Part shown: piece by piece, positions 25,520 to 38,386 of the stretch
Position numbering within the stretch: the stretch's first letter is position 1
Layout of the letters: each line of letters begins with the position of its first letter
Source: Squalus acanthias
Taxonomy: Eukaryota
Assembly (NCBI GenBank): GCA_030390025.1
Contig: CM059442.1
Span: 4,092,001 to 4,156,000, forward strand
Length of the DNA: 64,000 nucleotides
Reading direction: 5' to 3'
Notes under the pieces: model-generated
Seen by the model: only the letters and a program-made list of their open reading frames with translations
The model's database searches: none
What the model was told of the DNA's origin: nothing
Program-made: the position numbers and the translations under genes

Positions 25520-25852
25520 CTGCAGAGAGTATAATAGTGTGAGTGCGAGCTGCAACTAAGGCCTAGAGTCAAAGAGGCAGATTTTCCAATTTGCCGCCGG
25601 GGTTAAAAGGGGCGTAGCGGAACCGACACCCATTGTAGAAAGCACAAGTTATTCAATCCCGTTGAAATCAAAGGAAATAAACAGCAGGCGCGTTATGTAA
25701 CAGGTGGTTGATCCGTAACGTCAGACTTAAGCTCAATGCAAGTTGAAAATCTACCCCACAATCATTAACCGCGTTTAATTTAGCTATACAGCGACTGAGT
25801 ATATTCAGGTATATAGATGCGCCTTATTCGTGTAAAAATTTCTCGGACTTAC

Positions 25853-25883
25853 CCCAGCGAATGTGAGATTCTTGAGGAATTGT
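25853..25883 (-). CDS. Gene 2 cytoplasmic mini-exon (DNSSRISHSLG)
   Basis: 31 nt, ctattttattcag|...|gtaagt, phase 1-2. Confidence 0.7.
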
Positions 25884-26405
25884 CTGAATAAAATAGGAAG
25901 AGACCTAATTCAGGATGTTGTACAGTAAATATTGCCGTACACTTGGATTTGTTTAACAGCAAATATATTCATTCATCTTCAATCTATATATTTACAAACG
26001 TGCATTGAATGAAATATTAACACAGCATCAATACAGAAAAGACGGACTGAATCCTTTAAGATATTACGCTATAGTGGGTAAAAGTCATTTAGGCCACATT
26101 GTCTCCTCACACTAACTAGGAGTGAAGTTGTCACTTATTGTTCTGCACCTCGCCCAGATGCATACCTATTCTGAACAGCACACAGGGGATAAATTCACTT
26201 AACTGAGCAAATTCCCCCCAGAATTATGCTCCTGTCTGTTCTGATCTCATCATTGCAAATGATCTTTTCTTTTCTCCAGCCCAGATTATTCTTCTCTTTC
26301 TCAAATCATATGGTTACATTTTGAATGTCGCAATCGAATATGGAATACACTGAGTAACTTCACGTGACTATAGAGCCAATCACCTGCCTGTAAAACATGA
26401 CTCAC

Positions 26406-26507
26406 CTTGTTTCATGTTGGGAAGATTGACGCAAATCAGTGCAATAAGGCCAGCGACAAGAGAAAGTGTAAGTACTGAGGCTCTGATCGCGGTTGTGGGA
26501 CTCTGCA
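26406..26507 (-). CDS. Gene 2 transmembrane exon
   Basis: 102 nt, tttcattccag|...|gtgagt, phase 1-1. QSPTTAIRASVLTLSLVAGLIALICVNLPNMKQ, ~20-aa hydrophobic span preceded by Arg. Not in the ORF track. Confidence 0.85.
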
Positions 26508-27399
26508 CTGGAATGAAATAAACATATCCCATGAATAACGTAATACCGTTTCTGGAAATATAGATTCAATATATCGCCATGTGTCTCATTAACAATACAT
26601 TTTAGATCGGCAGTGAATTGACTCCCTCCAGCTCCACCGCAGCCCCTCCATCATAAAACATTGAACCATGGGTTTCTCAGCTCGATATTCGATTAATACA
26701 ACGCCTTCCTTTCTGGGCTCCTAAACCCACCCACTACAATGTCCAGATGATCCAAATATCTCCGTTCTGCACTAAATTTTATTCACCCATTTTTTTACCA
26801 TCTGGATCCGTAGCCGCCATTTTATCAAAACTGATTCGCCTTCTTTCTGAAACATCTCCTCTAAATTTAACTATTTCGTTGCATCCTTCAGCCCTCTAAT
26901 TGTGGCCTATTCGGATTACCAGTTCCATTCGCTCCTCAATTAATGCAAGAGATTTTAGCCACTATAGACATTCTATCCTAAACTGCTTCCCGAATTCCCT
27001 TCCCAGTAATTAATTCAGGAAGATCAAGTTCAAAATTAAAGCTCAGGTAAGCTGTAAATGCATTTCGTGAAAACACTTAACTCAGAATTGTCCTTGTGTA
27101 GTATCGTAAGTGACGTCGAATTTTTATTCATTCATGGGATGTGAGCGTCGCTGGCAATAGCAACATTTATTGCCAGTCCCCAATTGTCAAGTTGAAGTCT
27201 AACCTTCTGAATATCACTTCTAACTAACGTTTCTGGACACGAATGTAAAATGTGTCTGGGACGGAAGTGGCTGCATTGCTTTGGGCGCATGTTATATGCT
27301 CATAGGGGTAACTTGACCTTTGCAGGATGTTGTGAAATGCACCATGTCGAATTAACCGCTAGTCATGCACCAGGACGGAACTAACGGGAGGGGTATACA

Positions 27400-27730
27400 A
27401 TGGAAGGCCATTGCAAGATGATTTGAAATGTTGAAAGAGTAGATAGAGAAATACTAATCCCTCTGGCGAGTGGGTTTATAACCATTGGTAAAAGATTTAG
27501 TGGGGAGATGAGGAGATTTTCTTTCACTCAGAGAGTTGTCGGGCTCCACCTGAAAAGGTGGTGGAAGCTGATTCCATCAGTAATTTTGGCAGTTACTTAA
27601 GAATGAGGAACTTACAGTGTTATGGACAATAAGCGAACATCTGGAACTAAGAACGACTGCTCTTTATAAGAGCCAGCACAAGCACGACGGGCCGAATGTC
27701 CTCCTTCTGTGCTGTAAGTCTCTATGAGAC
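27400..27730 (+). mobile_element. CR1 3' fragment (paralog ~54300-54670)
   Basis: ttcactcagagagttgt and gggccgaatg..ctccttctgtgctg tail. Confidence 0.7.
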
Positions 27731-27840
27731 GAAGAATTCGATATGACCCAAAGCTAAAATTAGCCCTCAGGCCTTCAACATAACTCAAGAATGAAGACTG
27801 AGTGCTCCATTGATGCCAAACGAACAAGTTTATGTGACTC

Positions 27841-28134
27841 ACAGAATAACAGAATCCCCACAGTGCAGATAGAGGCCTTTTCGGCCCATCGAGCCTGCAC
27901 CGACACACATACCACCCTATCCCCATAACCCCACGTATTTAATCCCCCTAACACTAAGGGTCAATCGAACCTAACCCGCACATCTTTGGACTGTGGGAGG
28001 AAACCGGAGCAAACCCACGCAGACAAGGGGAGAATGAGTAAACTCCACACAGACAGTCACTCTGTGATCGGATTCGAACCCGGGTCTCTGGCGCTGTGAG
28101 GCAACAGCGGTAAACACTGTGCCACCGTGTTGCC
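27841..28134 (-). mobile_element. HE1/V-SINE-like SINE, gene 2-specific
   Basis: Same family as 19132-19449; empty site in the paralog at ~54790. Confidence 0.85.
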
Positions 28135-29007
28135 ACGGCTCGAGCCTATCTATTCTACTTGAGCTGAAGTACATTAGCAGCAACAGTCGAGAAATTATAG
28201 TCTAAAATCAATAGCCCAGAAATGACTGCCTGTGCTATTAAGATTGAAGCATTAATCTATTTGTATAAATTCACCCTATTTGACATTCATACAAAGAGGT
28301 CTATTTTGTTAAACGTACAAATAACTGTATTGGATTTTAGAATCAATACTTGATGCGTTAAGATGACATTCCTTGCTCTTTTTTGTCATTCACCTCTTTA
28401 ATGTAAATGGTGCAGGGCCACCCTTCAAACGGATGGATGTCAAAGAAGATGTAACACCATCCAAGCTTGCGGCACAAGCAGTAATTCCCGGGGTGCTAAG
28501 ACTTTGCGTCACTTGTTTCGTTCTGCCGCAGAGATACATATAATAACTCACCAATCGCGCAACCAAACAAGATGATTTTTTTTCCGGTAGGTTCGTTAGT
28601 GCACTGAAAAACTCATGTGCAGAGTTCCTTTGTCACCGGCCTCAAGGTGTTGGTGACAATGAGACAAATGTACAACTTGTGCTGAGTTTCATACGGAACA
28701 ACTCGGGGATATTTGAAATTTTACAAGATGCTATGAAATGCAGGATGTGGAATTATCCGCCAGTCATACACCACACCCAGATTCCCTTCTCATTGAAGAC
28801 AATGGAAGGAAATATAGAACGCGGATTGTTATGGGCGAACAGCTCGACATGACCCATGTTTCAATTTCGACAAAAGTTACAAAGGCCCCCTTCAGAGCGA
28901 TACCTAATTCGGGCCTGAAGCCTGAGAACTCCACTGCTGCCAATCATCCAATAATATAGGAATATAACTTATTTTGTCCAATTGAGCTTGAAATATATTA
29001 GCAACAA

Positions 29008-29614
29008 GCGCAAGTTAGAATCTGGATAATCTGCAGCGCGTCTCACCTCCTGACTCCCCATAGTCTTTCCACCATCTACAAGGCACAATTAAGGAGTGTA
29101 ATGGAACACTGTCCACTTTCCTGGATGAGTTCAGCTCCAACAACACTCAAGGTGCTTAACACCATCCAGGACAATGCAGACCCCTTGAATTACACCTCAA
29201 CCATCTCCTAAAGCATTCATTAAATCCAAACACAAGCGTACCGTGGCTGCAGCGTGCACCATCTACAAGATGCACTGCAGCAACTCGCCAAAGCTTCTTC
29301 GACAGCACCTCCCAAACCCGCGACCTCTTCCACCTAGAAGGACAAGGGCAGCAGTGGCATGGGAACACCATCACCTCCAAGTTCCCCTCCAAGTCACACT
29401 CCATCCTGATTTAGAAGTATATCGCCGATCCTTCATCGTCGCTGGGTCAAAATCCTGGAACTCCCTCCCTAAAACCACTGTGGGATTACCATCACCACAC
29501 GGACTGCAGCTGTTCAAGAAGGCGGCTCACCACCACCTTCTCAAGGGCAATTAGGGATGGGCAATAAATGCTGGCCTTGCCAGTGACGCCCACACCATAT
29601 AAACGAATACAAAA
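29008..29614 (+). mobile_element. 5'-truncated LINE (CR1/L2-group) with 13-bp target-site duplication
   Basis: TSD atattagcaacaa at 28995-29007 and 29615-29627; empty site at ~57100; decayed ORF2 end (SFIVAGSKSWNSLP...FKKAAHHHLLKG). Confidence 0.85.
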
Positions 29615-29994
29615 ATATTAGCAACAACTGTCGAGAGATGATGGTCCAAAATTTATGGCCCAAAAATTACTTCCTATTGTATTAAGCTTTGAGACATTAA
29701 CCTATCCGTATAACTTTCCTCAATTTGTCAATTAAACAGACTGATCGTCCTTTTGAAATCTACAAATAACTGTTGCAGTTTATAGACCAATATGGATGCG
29801 ATCAGATGACATTCTTGTTAATTTTTTGGCATTCACCTGCTTAATGTAAATGGCGCAGTGCCTCACTTCACACAGATGGATGTCAAAGAAGTTGTTACAC
29901 CATCCAAACTGACGGCACAAGCAGTGATTCCCGGGCTGATCTGACTTTGAGTCACTTGTTTCGTTCTGCCTCAGAGGTACTTATAATAACTCAC

Positions 29995-30281
29995 CTATCA
30001 CTGAAACCGTAACAGGATCGCTGTGTAGAGGACGTCCTGCCGCTTTCTTGGAAACAGCGCACCTGTAATCCCCTTGGGTGCTTTGGTTGACTTCAGCGAT
30101 TTGGTAATAATTGTGGTTAGGTTGGACTCCTCTCGGAATAATTCTTTATTCGGGTCTTTGTAGAATATGTAGGTAATCGGGGTAGAACCGTTGGACACTA
30201 AGCAGGTTAACCACGCTGTGTCTCCTTCTATTAACGCTTCACCAGGGCTGATTGCCAGTACCGGTTTGGACACTGGGATTC
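29995..30281 (-). pseudogene. Gene 2 Ig exon 'D' (FCRL D5-like), frameshifted
   Basis: 287 nt versus 288 in gene 3. IPVSKPVLAISPGEALIEGDTAWLTC...GSTPITYIFYK; 1-nt deletion near 30106; restored frame gives QGDYRCAVS...VTVSVI. Confidence 0.85.
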
Positions 30282-31175
30282 CTGTAAATATAACCATTTG
30301 TTAATTAGATTTTTTTTGTAGAAATTGTAGTGTTCCTATCAAAGTGATATAGGGCTCTCATCATAATAAAGAGCCTCGTCATGTAAGTTACCACACCAAT
30401 ATTGGGCGCCCGTTTCCCTCTCCTACTTTGGCAGTAGGTGGAAATAATAGAGGAAAGCCTGATCCTGGAACTACAATGATTCCTAAAGCAATCCACTTGT
30501 GGCCACCCTACTATCTCTGCCCTGGTCCTGATTCCTACTAACTCTAAGAGGAACTCTGCACTATTCCAGTACCATAAACACTACCCTACCTAAATGCAAT
30601 GATATCTAACTCCACCGCTCCACCTGGCAAATCATTCTATGTCCCAGCACTTGTCTACGTAAAGAGCGTTCTTCGAAGCACTATCCTCCCGCTTTTCGTG
30701 TTAATTATACTTCAATGATCTCTCCTTCCTGTCTTCACAATCAGAAATAATACCTTTCCCTAATCACTCTATCTCGCCCTTATCATGTAAAAAACACTAA
30801 TTAAATAACTATTAGCCATGGCTACTGCGGTAGTGCTCGTCCCAGTAGCTCAAGTCTATCCTGGCGAATAAAGGTTTCCATCCCTGGGTCATCTGGTGAA
30901 TTAGCGCTGCCCATTTTCTGTGATTTTACTGTTCTCTTTAAAATGGAAGGCACGACATTGTACACAGTATCTGTGGCCTCATGAATGTGCTGTACAAACA
31001 TGTTATTATTTCCTTTCTCCTGTTGTCTATGCGCCAATTATTTAGTTATTTATGTATTCAGTGCGTGTTGAACATAAAGGTAAGGCCCTTGATAGACTGA
31101 ACAATCCCCGTGTGAGCACTTGCTGGGAATTTTGTGGATGGAAGATGATAAATTATAACAGTAAATTTTACTCAC

Positions 31176-31454
31176 GTCTGACTGAAACTGAAACCTGATT
31201 GCTCCGTTTCGTCACCTCACTGTTCAAAGTAATTGCTTCACGCCAATAAATCCCCGAATGGTCCGGCCGAGATGCCTCCTTGATGTAATAGTTGTGTTCT
31301 GCTGCTGAAATGACAGCTTGTCCATCTTTGTAAAATCCGTATCTCAAAGAAGAACTGGAGCGAAATATTTCAAAAAAACAGGCGAGTTTAAACTGTTGGC
31401 CCTCAAATAATTCAGCTTCAGACTCAGTCCTCAATGTCGGTTCGGAGAAGACCT
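31176..31454 (-). CDS. Gene 2 Ig exon 'E' (D3-like), open but second Cys lost
   Basis: 279 nt, ttatag|...|gtgagt. VFSEPTLRTESEAELFEGQQFKLAC...SGIYWR (Arg where gene 3 has Cys in YQC). Confidence 0.85.
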
Positions 31455-32641
31455 CTATAAAATAGAAGTAAATATGGATTTGACAGTTTGCACATTTATC
31501 ACAGACTTAACAATTTCGGTGTTTGTGCAGCACATGTTAATGTTCAGAACAATGAATGGAAGGGAAATCCTGCTGGCCCTGTGAGATTTTCCCACAGCAC
31601 CCCAACGCGCCCCTAATCCTGAATTTGAACCCTGCTCTCCGCCGAGGCGATGCTTTACGCCATGGTCTTTATTATTGAAGTCTCCTTGGTCATTGTTGCA
31701 ACACCTGCAAATTTTGGGACATTCATGGTAAACGCTCAGCTACTGACAATACAATTCTTCTGAAATACACTGCCGACACAAGATCGATAATTCCCACCTT
31801 GTTTTCAGATTGCCTGCTCCATTGAAAATGCATGGATAGAGTTATGATTGGCAGGATCTAACGGAATGGAAAGGGAAGCCCGGGCATCAGAGGCACAGAC
31901 TTTAGTAGCCGCAGCCTTTTTTGTCACCATCCTCCACATCTACTGGAATTGGAGGGGGTGAAATTTCAAATTTGGTCGGGGTGCAAAACCGATGGCCGCA
32001 GATTGGTCACCCTTTATAAACACAGGCCAATTTCTATTCCATTGTCTGCTGATCCGCTTTAGCGCTCTCAAAGTTCAATTTTACCACCGAGTTTTCAACT
32101 ATAAATGAGTTACGGGACTAGTAAGTGGTAAAGCATTCTCTGATTTAAGACCCTGCTCTTCCTGACCAGGTTCTGCTCGGTGGTGATTCAGCCAGACTGA
32201 AACAGGAGGTAAATTTAAGGCGGGACCATGGGGTAAAATGCGCGGTATCGGTTCTTGCGCCAATTGTAGACCTCGCACAATTTTCCTATCCATTGAAGAT
32301 GTTGGGAGGCAAAAACGGGCGGGACATATAATTGGAGGCAAATCCAATATCGCCCATTCCACATTATTACAGGAAGCGAATATTACCCACTGGGAGTGGG
32401 CGCTGGTCTTCAAACTTTGCAGCTCTTACAAGTGAGGTTTTCAGCCAATGTATGGATTGTATAAGAGCCACGTGGCGATATGATTTAAACAGATTGCACT
32501 CAAAACTGATTTTTTTACGTGATAAAGCTGTGGGTAAATCCTTTACCAGACTGGATTCCTCCCGTATGTTTATTTAAATATAATCCCCTAAAGAAATGTT
32601 TAAATGAAAGATTAACAATAATTACAGCTGGTTGTCCTTAC

Positions 32642-32921
32642 CTTTTATCGCAATGGAAATCTCATCACTCTTCTTTTGCACATCGCGGTCGAAAACATTT
32701 GCTTCACACAGGTAAGTCCCCGAGTCCTTCAACGAAGCTGCCTCAATGCGATTATATTTTTTTGCATGAATTCAAGATCAGAGCTTTGCTATTTTTGTAA
32801 AATGTGTATTGAAGCCCAATATTGGACCGCATTGTTTCAACAAAACAGATGAATTTTAACTGGTCTCCCTCAAATATTTCAGCTGTAGGCTCAGTCCTCA
32901 GTTTAGGTTTGGCGAAGAGTT
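32642..32921 (-). pseudogene. Gene 2 Ig exon 'F' (D3-like), +1 frameshift in an A7 run
   Basis: 280 nt versus 279 in gene 3. LFAKPKLRTEPTAEIFEGDQLKFIC...; removing one A at 32757-32763 restores DSGTYLCEAN. Confidence 0.85.
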
Positions 32922-33965
32922 CTGTGAATATAGAATCTGGATAGAAGGTGACAGATCCTATCACTGAGTTAAACATATAGCAGAGATTAATAATAAGAGC
33001 AAGGCAATACGGAGAATCACCACGAGGGGCGTTTATACTTAATGGTCACCTGAAGCTGTATTGTGGAACACTGGAGCGGGCAGCATGACTATATTGTTAT
33101 GGAATTCCTCTCGTTACTTTGTTTGTGGAGAACTTAATCTGCTTAATATATTCTGCTGAAACAGGAATTCCATGTTGGGCAAGACTTCTGATTTAGCAGT
33201 AAACCTCCCACAGATCTTTTCTCTTTCAGCCATTCCCTGCTGCGTCTCACCGTATACTATGACCATGGTAAACTTCACAAATGTTCACAGCTACATCGCT
33301 CTGTCCCCAACCAACCCCAGCTCGGCTATCTTCAAATGAAATTACAAAGACTCCGGATTCTCACGGCCAGGGCGATGGATCGTTGATGATATAACAGTCC
33401 AGCTGCGATGACTAGGACATCCAAGGGAATCTGCTCCCACAGTTTATTCGGAATCTGTGGCGAAGCTTACGCCAAACATTTAAGTGAAAATAGCAAAAGA
33501 GAGGGAAGAGGAGCACACTGCTTATTCTATCCTTCCACAAAGTCCGTCAACGGAACCACCACTGCAGTTCCAGGGGCTCACGAGGACCTGCTGACACTTT
33601 TTGTCAACTCCTCATCGTGGTTGTTATGGACAGGGGCAGCATCATATTTCGGTTTCGTGGGAGAAAACTCCCCATCAGCTTCTGCATGTGACAGGATGGT
33701 AACGGGGTAAGCCGCCAAATTCTCCTCCGATGTGGGGCGGGAGGAGAAAGATATCTGCTGGAGCTGGCACGGGAGGTGTCCAGCCCGGGTTAAATATTGA
33801 CTAAAGTTGCACGTTGTTAGATAAACATCACATGACCTAACGCTAACAAATTATTCCAGAATCACAGATCTATGTATAATTTTGTACTGATTCAGAACTT
33901 CTAGGATATGTAATATTTATAAATATTCAAGAGGGATATCACCAATTGAAATATTGCATACATAC

Positions 33966-34220
33966 CGTGAACGTGAACATGAACACTTCGAGATTTCTTA
34001 TTGTCAATAGTACAAAGGTATGATCCGCTGTCTTTTGAACTATTCACTCTAAAGCTATGCAGAGCTTTCCGATTATTCAACTTCATTGAGTGGATAATTC
34101 TGTTGCCTTTGTAAAAGCCAACATATTTCCAGTAATAATCGTTTCTGGACCGACAATTCAGATTCAGAACATCTCCTTCCAAAACCGAAAGTGGGTCGAA
34201 CTGGAAGGCCACATCACCAT
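33966..34220 (-). CDS. Gene 2 Ig exon 'A' (D2-like), open
   Basis: 255 nt, phase 1-1, paralog of 264-518. GDVAFQFDPLSVLEGDVLNLNC...DSGSYLC. Confidence 0.88.
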
Positions 34221-34715
34221 CTAATTTTGGGAGCAAAATTTCGAGGTTATAACAAATGCTTAACTCAAACTCAGAACTGCTTCTACAACAGCGCGAATAA
34301 TTTGGACGTGTTTAATAACCCCAATCCCAACTCCAATCAAGTCTGGGACCAATTAAGCACAGAAAGGAAGCAGTGGACTGTTGGTGTTGAATTAACTAAT
34401 GGTTCCAATTGCGGTTTATTGATATTCCTCTCATTGTGCAGCACTTCCCCAATATTTGGTCCAGCTCTTCTTAGGTTGGAACTCTAAAAATAATCTATGT
34501 TAGTTACAGCGGGTAAGCAACGCCTGAGCATATAAGGAAATAGAAAATCCGAAGAAAGGATCACTTATAGCATACTGAACCCGCCGTACATGTTATCCAT
34601 TGTTTTCAATAGAAGGAAAGCCCGACGGATTCCATCCCCCTCACCAAATTCTGCAAGGATTGCATCCAGCTCATTTTGCGTTCTGAGTCGCCCAGCGGGC
34701 ACAGTGTGCCAGAGG

Positions 34716-37026
34716 GTAGATATGTCAGTAGGAGAGCATTTTGGTGACAGTGACCATAATTCAGTGAGATTTAAGGTAGTCATGGGAAAGGACAAAGCTG
34801 GACAGGAAATAAAGTTTCTAAATTGGGGGAAGGCCGATTTTAACATGACAAGGCAGGATCTGGCCAAAATGGACTGGGATCAGCTACTTGGAGGAAAATC
34901 CACATCAGAGATATGGGAGTCTTTCAGAAAGGAAATAGAGAGAGTATAACGCCAACATGTTCGCTTAAAGGTCAAGGGTGGGACTAACAATTCCAGGGAA
35001 CCCTGGATGTCAAGGGATATGCAAGATTGGATTCGGAAAAAAAGGTAGTTTTTTCAGATACAAAGGACTAAAAACAGTGGAAGTCCTAGAGGAGTATAGA
35101 AAGTGCAGGGATATATTTAAAAAAAATAATTAGGAGACCGAGGAGCAGGCATGAAAAATCACTGGCAGAAAAAATAAAGGAAAATCCCAAGGTGTTTGAT
35201 AAGTATATTAAGGGCAAGAGGATAACGAGGGAAAGATTAGTGCCCATTAGGGACCAAAGTTGCAATCTGTGTGTGGAGCCGGAAGATGTAGGTGAGGTTT
35301 TAAATTATATTTTTGCATCTGTGCTCAATATGGAGAAGGGTGATGTAGGCATATAAATCAGTCAGGGGGAGAGTGATATACTTGAACAAATTAGTATTGA
35401 GAGGGAGCGGGTACTAACGGTTTTAGCGAGCTGAAAACTGGATAATTCCACCGGCCCTGACGGGATGTATCCCAGGCTGCTGTGTGAGGCAAGGAAGGAG
35501 ATTGCAGGGGCTCTGAAACACATTTTCTGAACCTCTCTGGCCAGAGGGTAGTTGCCAGATGACTGGAGAACAGCTAACGTAGTAGCATTGTTTAACAAGG
35601 TTAGTAGGGATAAACCAGGGAATTTCAGGCCAGTGAGACTAACATCAGTGGTAGGGTAATTATTGGAATAAATTCTGAATCAGAGAATTAGTCTCCACTT
35701 CGAGAGGCAAGATTAATCAGGGATAGTCAGCACGGCTTTGTCAGCGCGAGATCATGTCTGGCCAATTTGATTGAATTTTTCGAGGGGGTGACTAGGTATG
35801 TGGATGAGGGTAGTGCAGCTGATGTAGTCTACATGGACTTCAGTTTGGCTATTGACAAAGTCCCACATGAGAGACTGTTCAAGATGGTAAGAGCCCATGG
35901 GATCCAGGGCAATTTGGCACATTGGATCCAAAATTGGCTTATTGGGAGGAGGCAGAGGGTGATGATCGAAGGTTCTTTTTGTGACTGGAAGCCTGTGTCC
36001 AGTGGTGTACCGCAGGGATCGGTGCTGGGTCCTTTGCTGTTTCTAGTGTACATTAATGATTTAGATATGAATGTAGTAGGTATGATCAGCAGTTCAAAGA
36101 CCTCCAGCACCTACGATCGGTGGACTGGTAAATAGCGAGGAGGGAAGGCTCAGGCTACAGGAGGATATAGACAGGATGGTTAGATGGGCAGAACAGTGGC
36201 AAATGGAATTTATCCCGGAAAAGTGTGAGGTGATGTATTTTGGGAGGACAAACAAGGCAAGGAATACACAATGAATGGTAGGATCCTAGAAGGACAGAGG
36301 AGAGAGGGACCTTGGTGTGCACGTACATAGATCCCTGAAGGCAGCAGGACAGGTAGAGAAGTTTGTTAAAAATGCATATGCGATACTTGCCTTCATTAGC
36401 CGAGGAAATTAACTTAAGAGCAGGGAGGTCATGATGGAGCTGTACAAAACGCTAGTTAGGCCATAGCTGGATAACTGTGTGAAGTTCTGGTCACCACACG
36501 ATAGGAGGGATGTGATTGCATTGGAGAGGGTGCAGAGGAGATTCACCAGGATGTTACATGGGCTGTAGCGCTTCAGCTATGAAGAGAGACTGGACAGGCT
36601 GGGGTTGTTTTCCTTCGAACAGAGAAGGCTGAGGGGGGACCTGATTGAGGTGTACAAAACTATGAGGGGCATTGATACGGTAGATAGAAAGGAACTTTTC
36701 CCCTTAGTAGAGGGGTCAATAACCAGGGGACATAGTTTCAAGGTAAGGTACAGAAGGTTTAGAGGGGATTTGGGGAAAAAACTTTGTCTCCCAGAGGGTG
36801 GTTGGAATCTGGAACGCACTGCCTGAAAAGGTGGTAGAGGCCGGTATGCTCACAACATTCAAGACGCATTTAGATGAGCACTTGAAACGGCATAGCATAC
36901 AAGGCTACGGACCAAGTGCTGGAAAATGGGATTAGTATGGACAGGGTTAATGGCCGTCGCGGACACGATGGGCCGAAGAGCCTCTTTCTGTGCTGTATAA
37001 CTCTATGACTATGACTCTATGACTCT
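34716..37026 (+). mobile_element. 5'-truncated CR1 LINE, gene 2-specific
   Basis: RT motifs with stops, (atgactct)n tail, empty site at ~1030 (gtgtgccggaggtgcgtt), short agg duplication. Confidence 0.95.
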
Positions 37027-38126
37027 AGGTGCGTTGTGAACATAATGGAAAGAGTGACCTAAATCTTCCAGGCCTCAGCTATAATCCTGAATCAGCTGCA
37101 CTCCCCCATTCATTAGCATCAACTCCGCCTTTAATGGGATGGCCTTACGTTGATTTGCATACAGCAGTCACAGGCGCACATCAGTAGGCCCTGGAGCACT
37201 GCCACTAGTCTCATGTTAACTCTGAAATAGGTTTTTCAAGTTGCGGCCGAAGCTTAGCAGTTCAAAGGCCTCCAGGACCTATGATCGGCAGGCGGGATTT
37301 TTTTTTTTTGGGGGGGGGGGGGTTGTAATTAAGTCAATTAACTGCCTACTTTGTTCTCTGTTTAGGATGCCCTTGGATCCTCACAAAGACTTTGGTATGC
37401 AGATTATGCCGACGAAAGCTCCACCACCAGTGTTCTTCATGAGCCCTCCTCTCTTGGGCCCGCCATTCCTAAATGGATAGGAATTTTTTGTGGAAGACCG
37501 GAACACCCCCTCCAGATTCATAGTACATTGTACACAGTATTTACAGCAGAGAGCCAGGCCATTCGGCCCAATAAGTCCATGAAGGTGCTTTTCCTCCACA
37601 TGAGCCTCTTCCCACCATTCATCATCTACCCCATCAAAATACCCTTTTATTGCATTCTCCCTCATGTGTTTCTCTAGCTTCAGCTTAAATGCAGTTTCCT
37701 CAACTATTCCCTGTGGAAGATGGTCCCACATTCTAAACACCCTCTAATTACTCACCCATATGTAGGCCTAGTGATATGAGTACGGAGATGCACAATAAAT
37801 CGCCCAGCAGCTTCAGAGCACGGGAATGAGACGCAAATTACCTCCAACGGCATTTCCGCATAGTTCTTAGGAGCAATCGAGAAAGAGACCTACCCTCCTA
37901 CGGATTCATGGAGCCCTTACATTGAACGGAGTGTGTTATTTTGCCACAAGCGCCCCAGAAACTTGCCTAAAGTGTCCAGCTTGGAATGTTTTCCCAGGAA
38001 TTGCCAATATTTACCAATTTCAACTGAACTTTTCTGACCAAAGAATGTTCTTCCAATCGTTTGCCATCTTTCAGCAAATTACAAAGCAGCAAAATTAGGA
38101 GGAAAACAGCAAAGCCAGTGACCAAC

Positions 38127-38386
38127 CTGATACGGTGACGTTTACTTCCGGTGAGACCCACTTCCTGTAGCCTATTTTGCGCTCACACCGATAAGATGCT
38201 TCATCTGTAATTTCCGCTTCATTTATGATGTACTGAGATTGAGAAGGTCCATGTATTAACTCTTCTTTTCGATACCACAGGAAGTATCCTGTTCCTTTTT
38301 GGTCAGGCACCAAACACTTCAGGATAATTCTTTCACCTGACATGCGGTTCTTGGTTTTACTTCAAGAGTTAAAATCATATCAGAAG
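38127..38386 (-). pseudogene. Gene 2 Ig exon 'B', 1-nt deletion
   Basis: 260 nt versus 261 in gene 1. Plus strand cctgacatgcggttc versus cctgacagcgcggttc near 38343. Confidence 0.85.
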
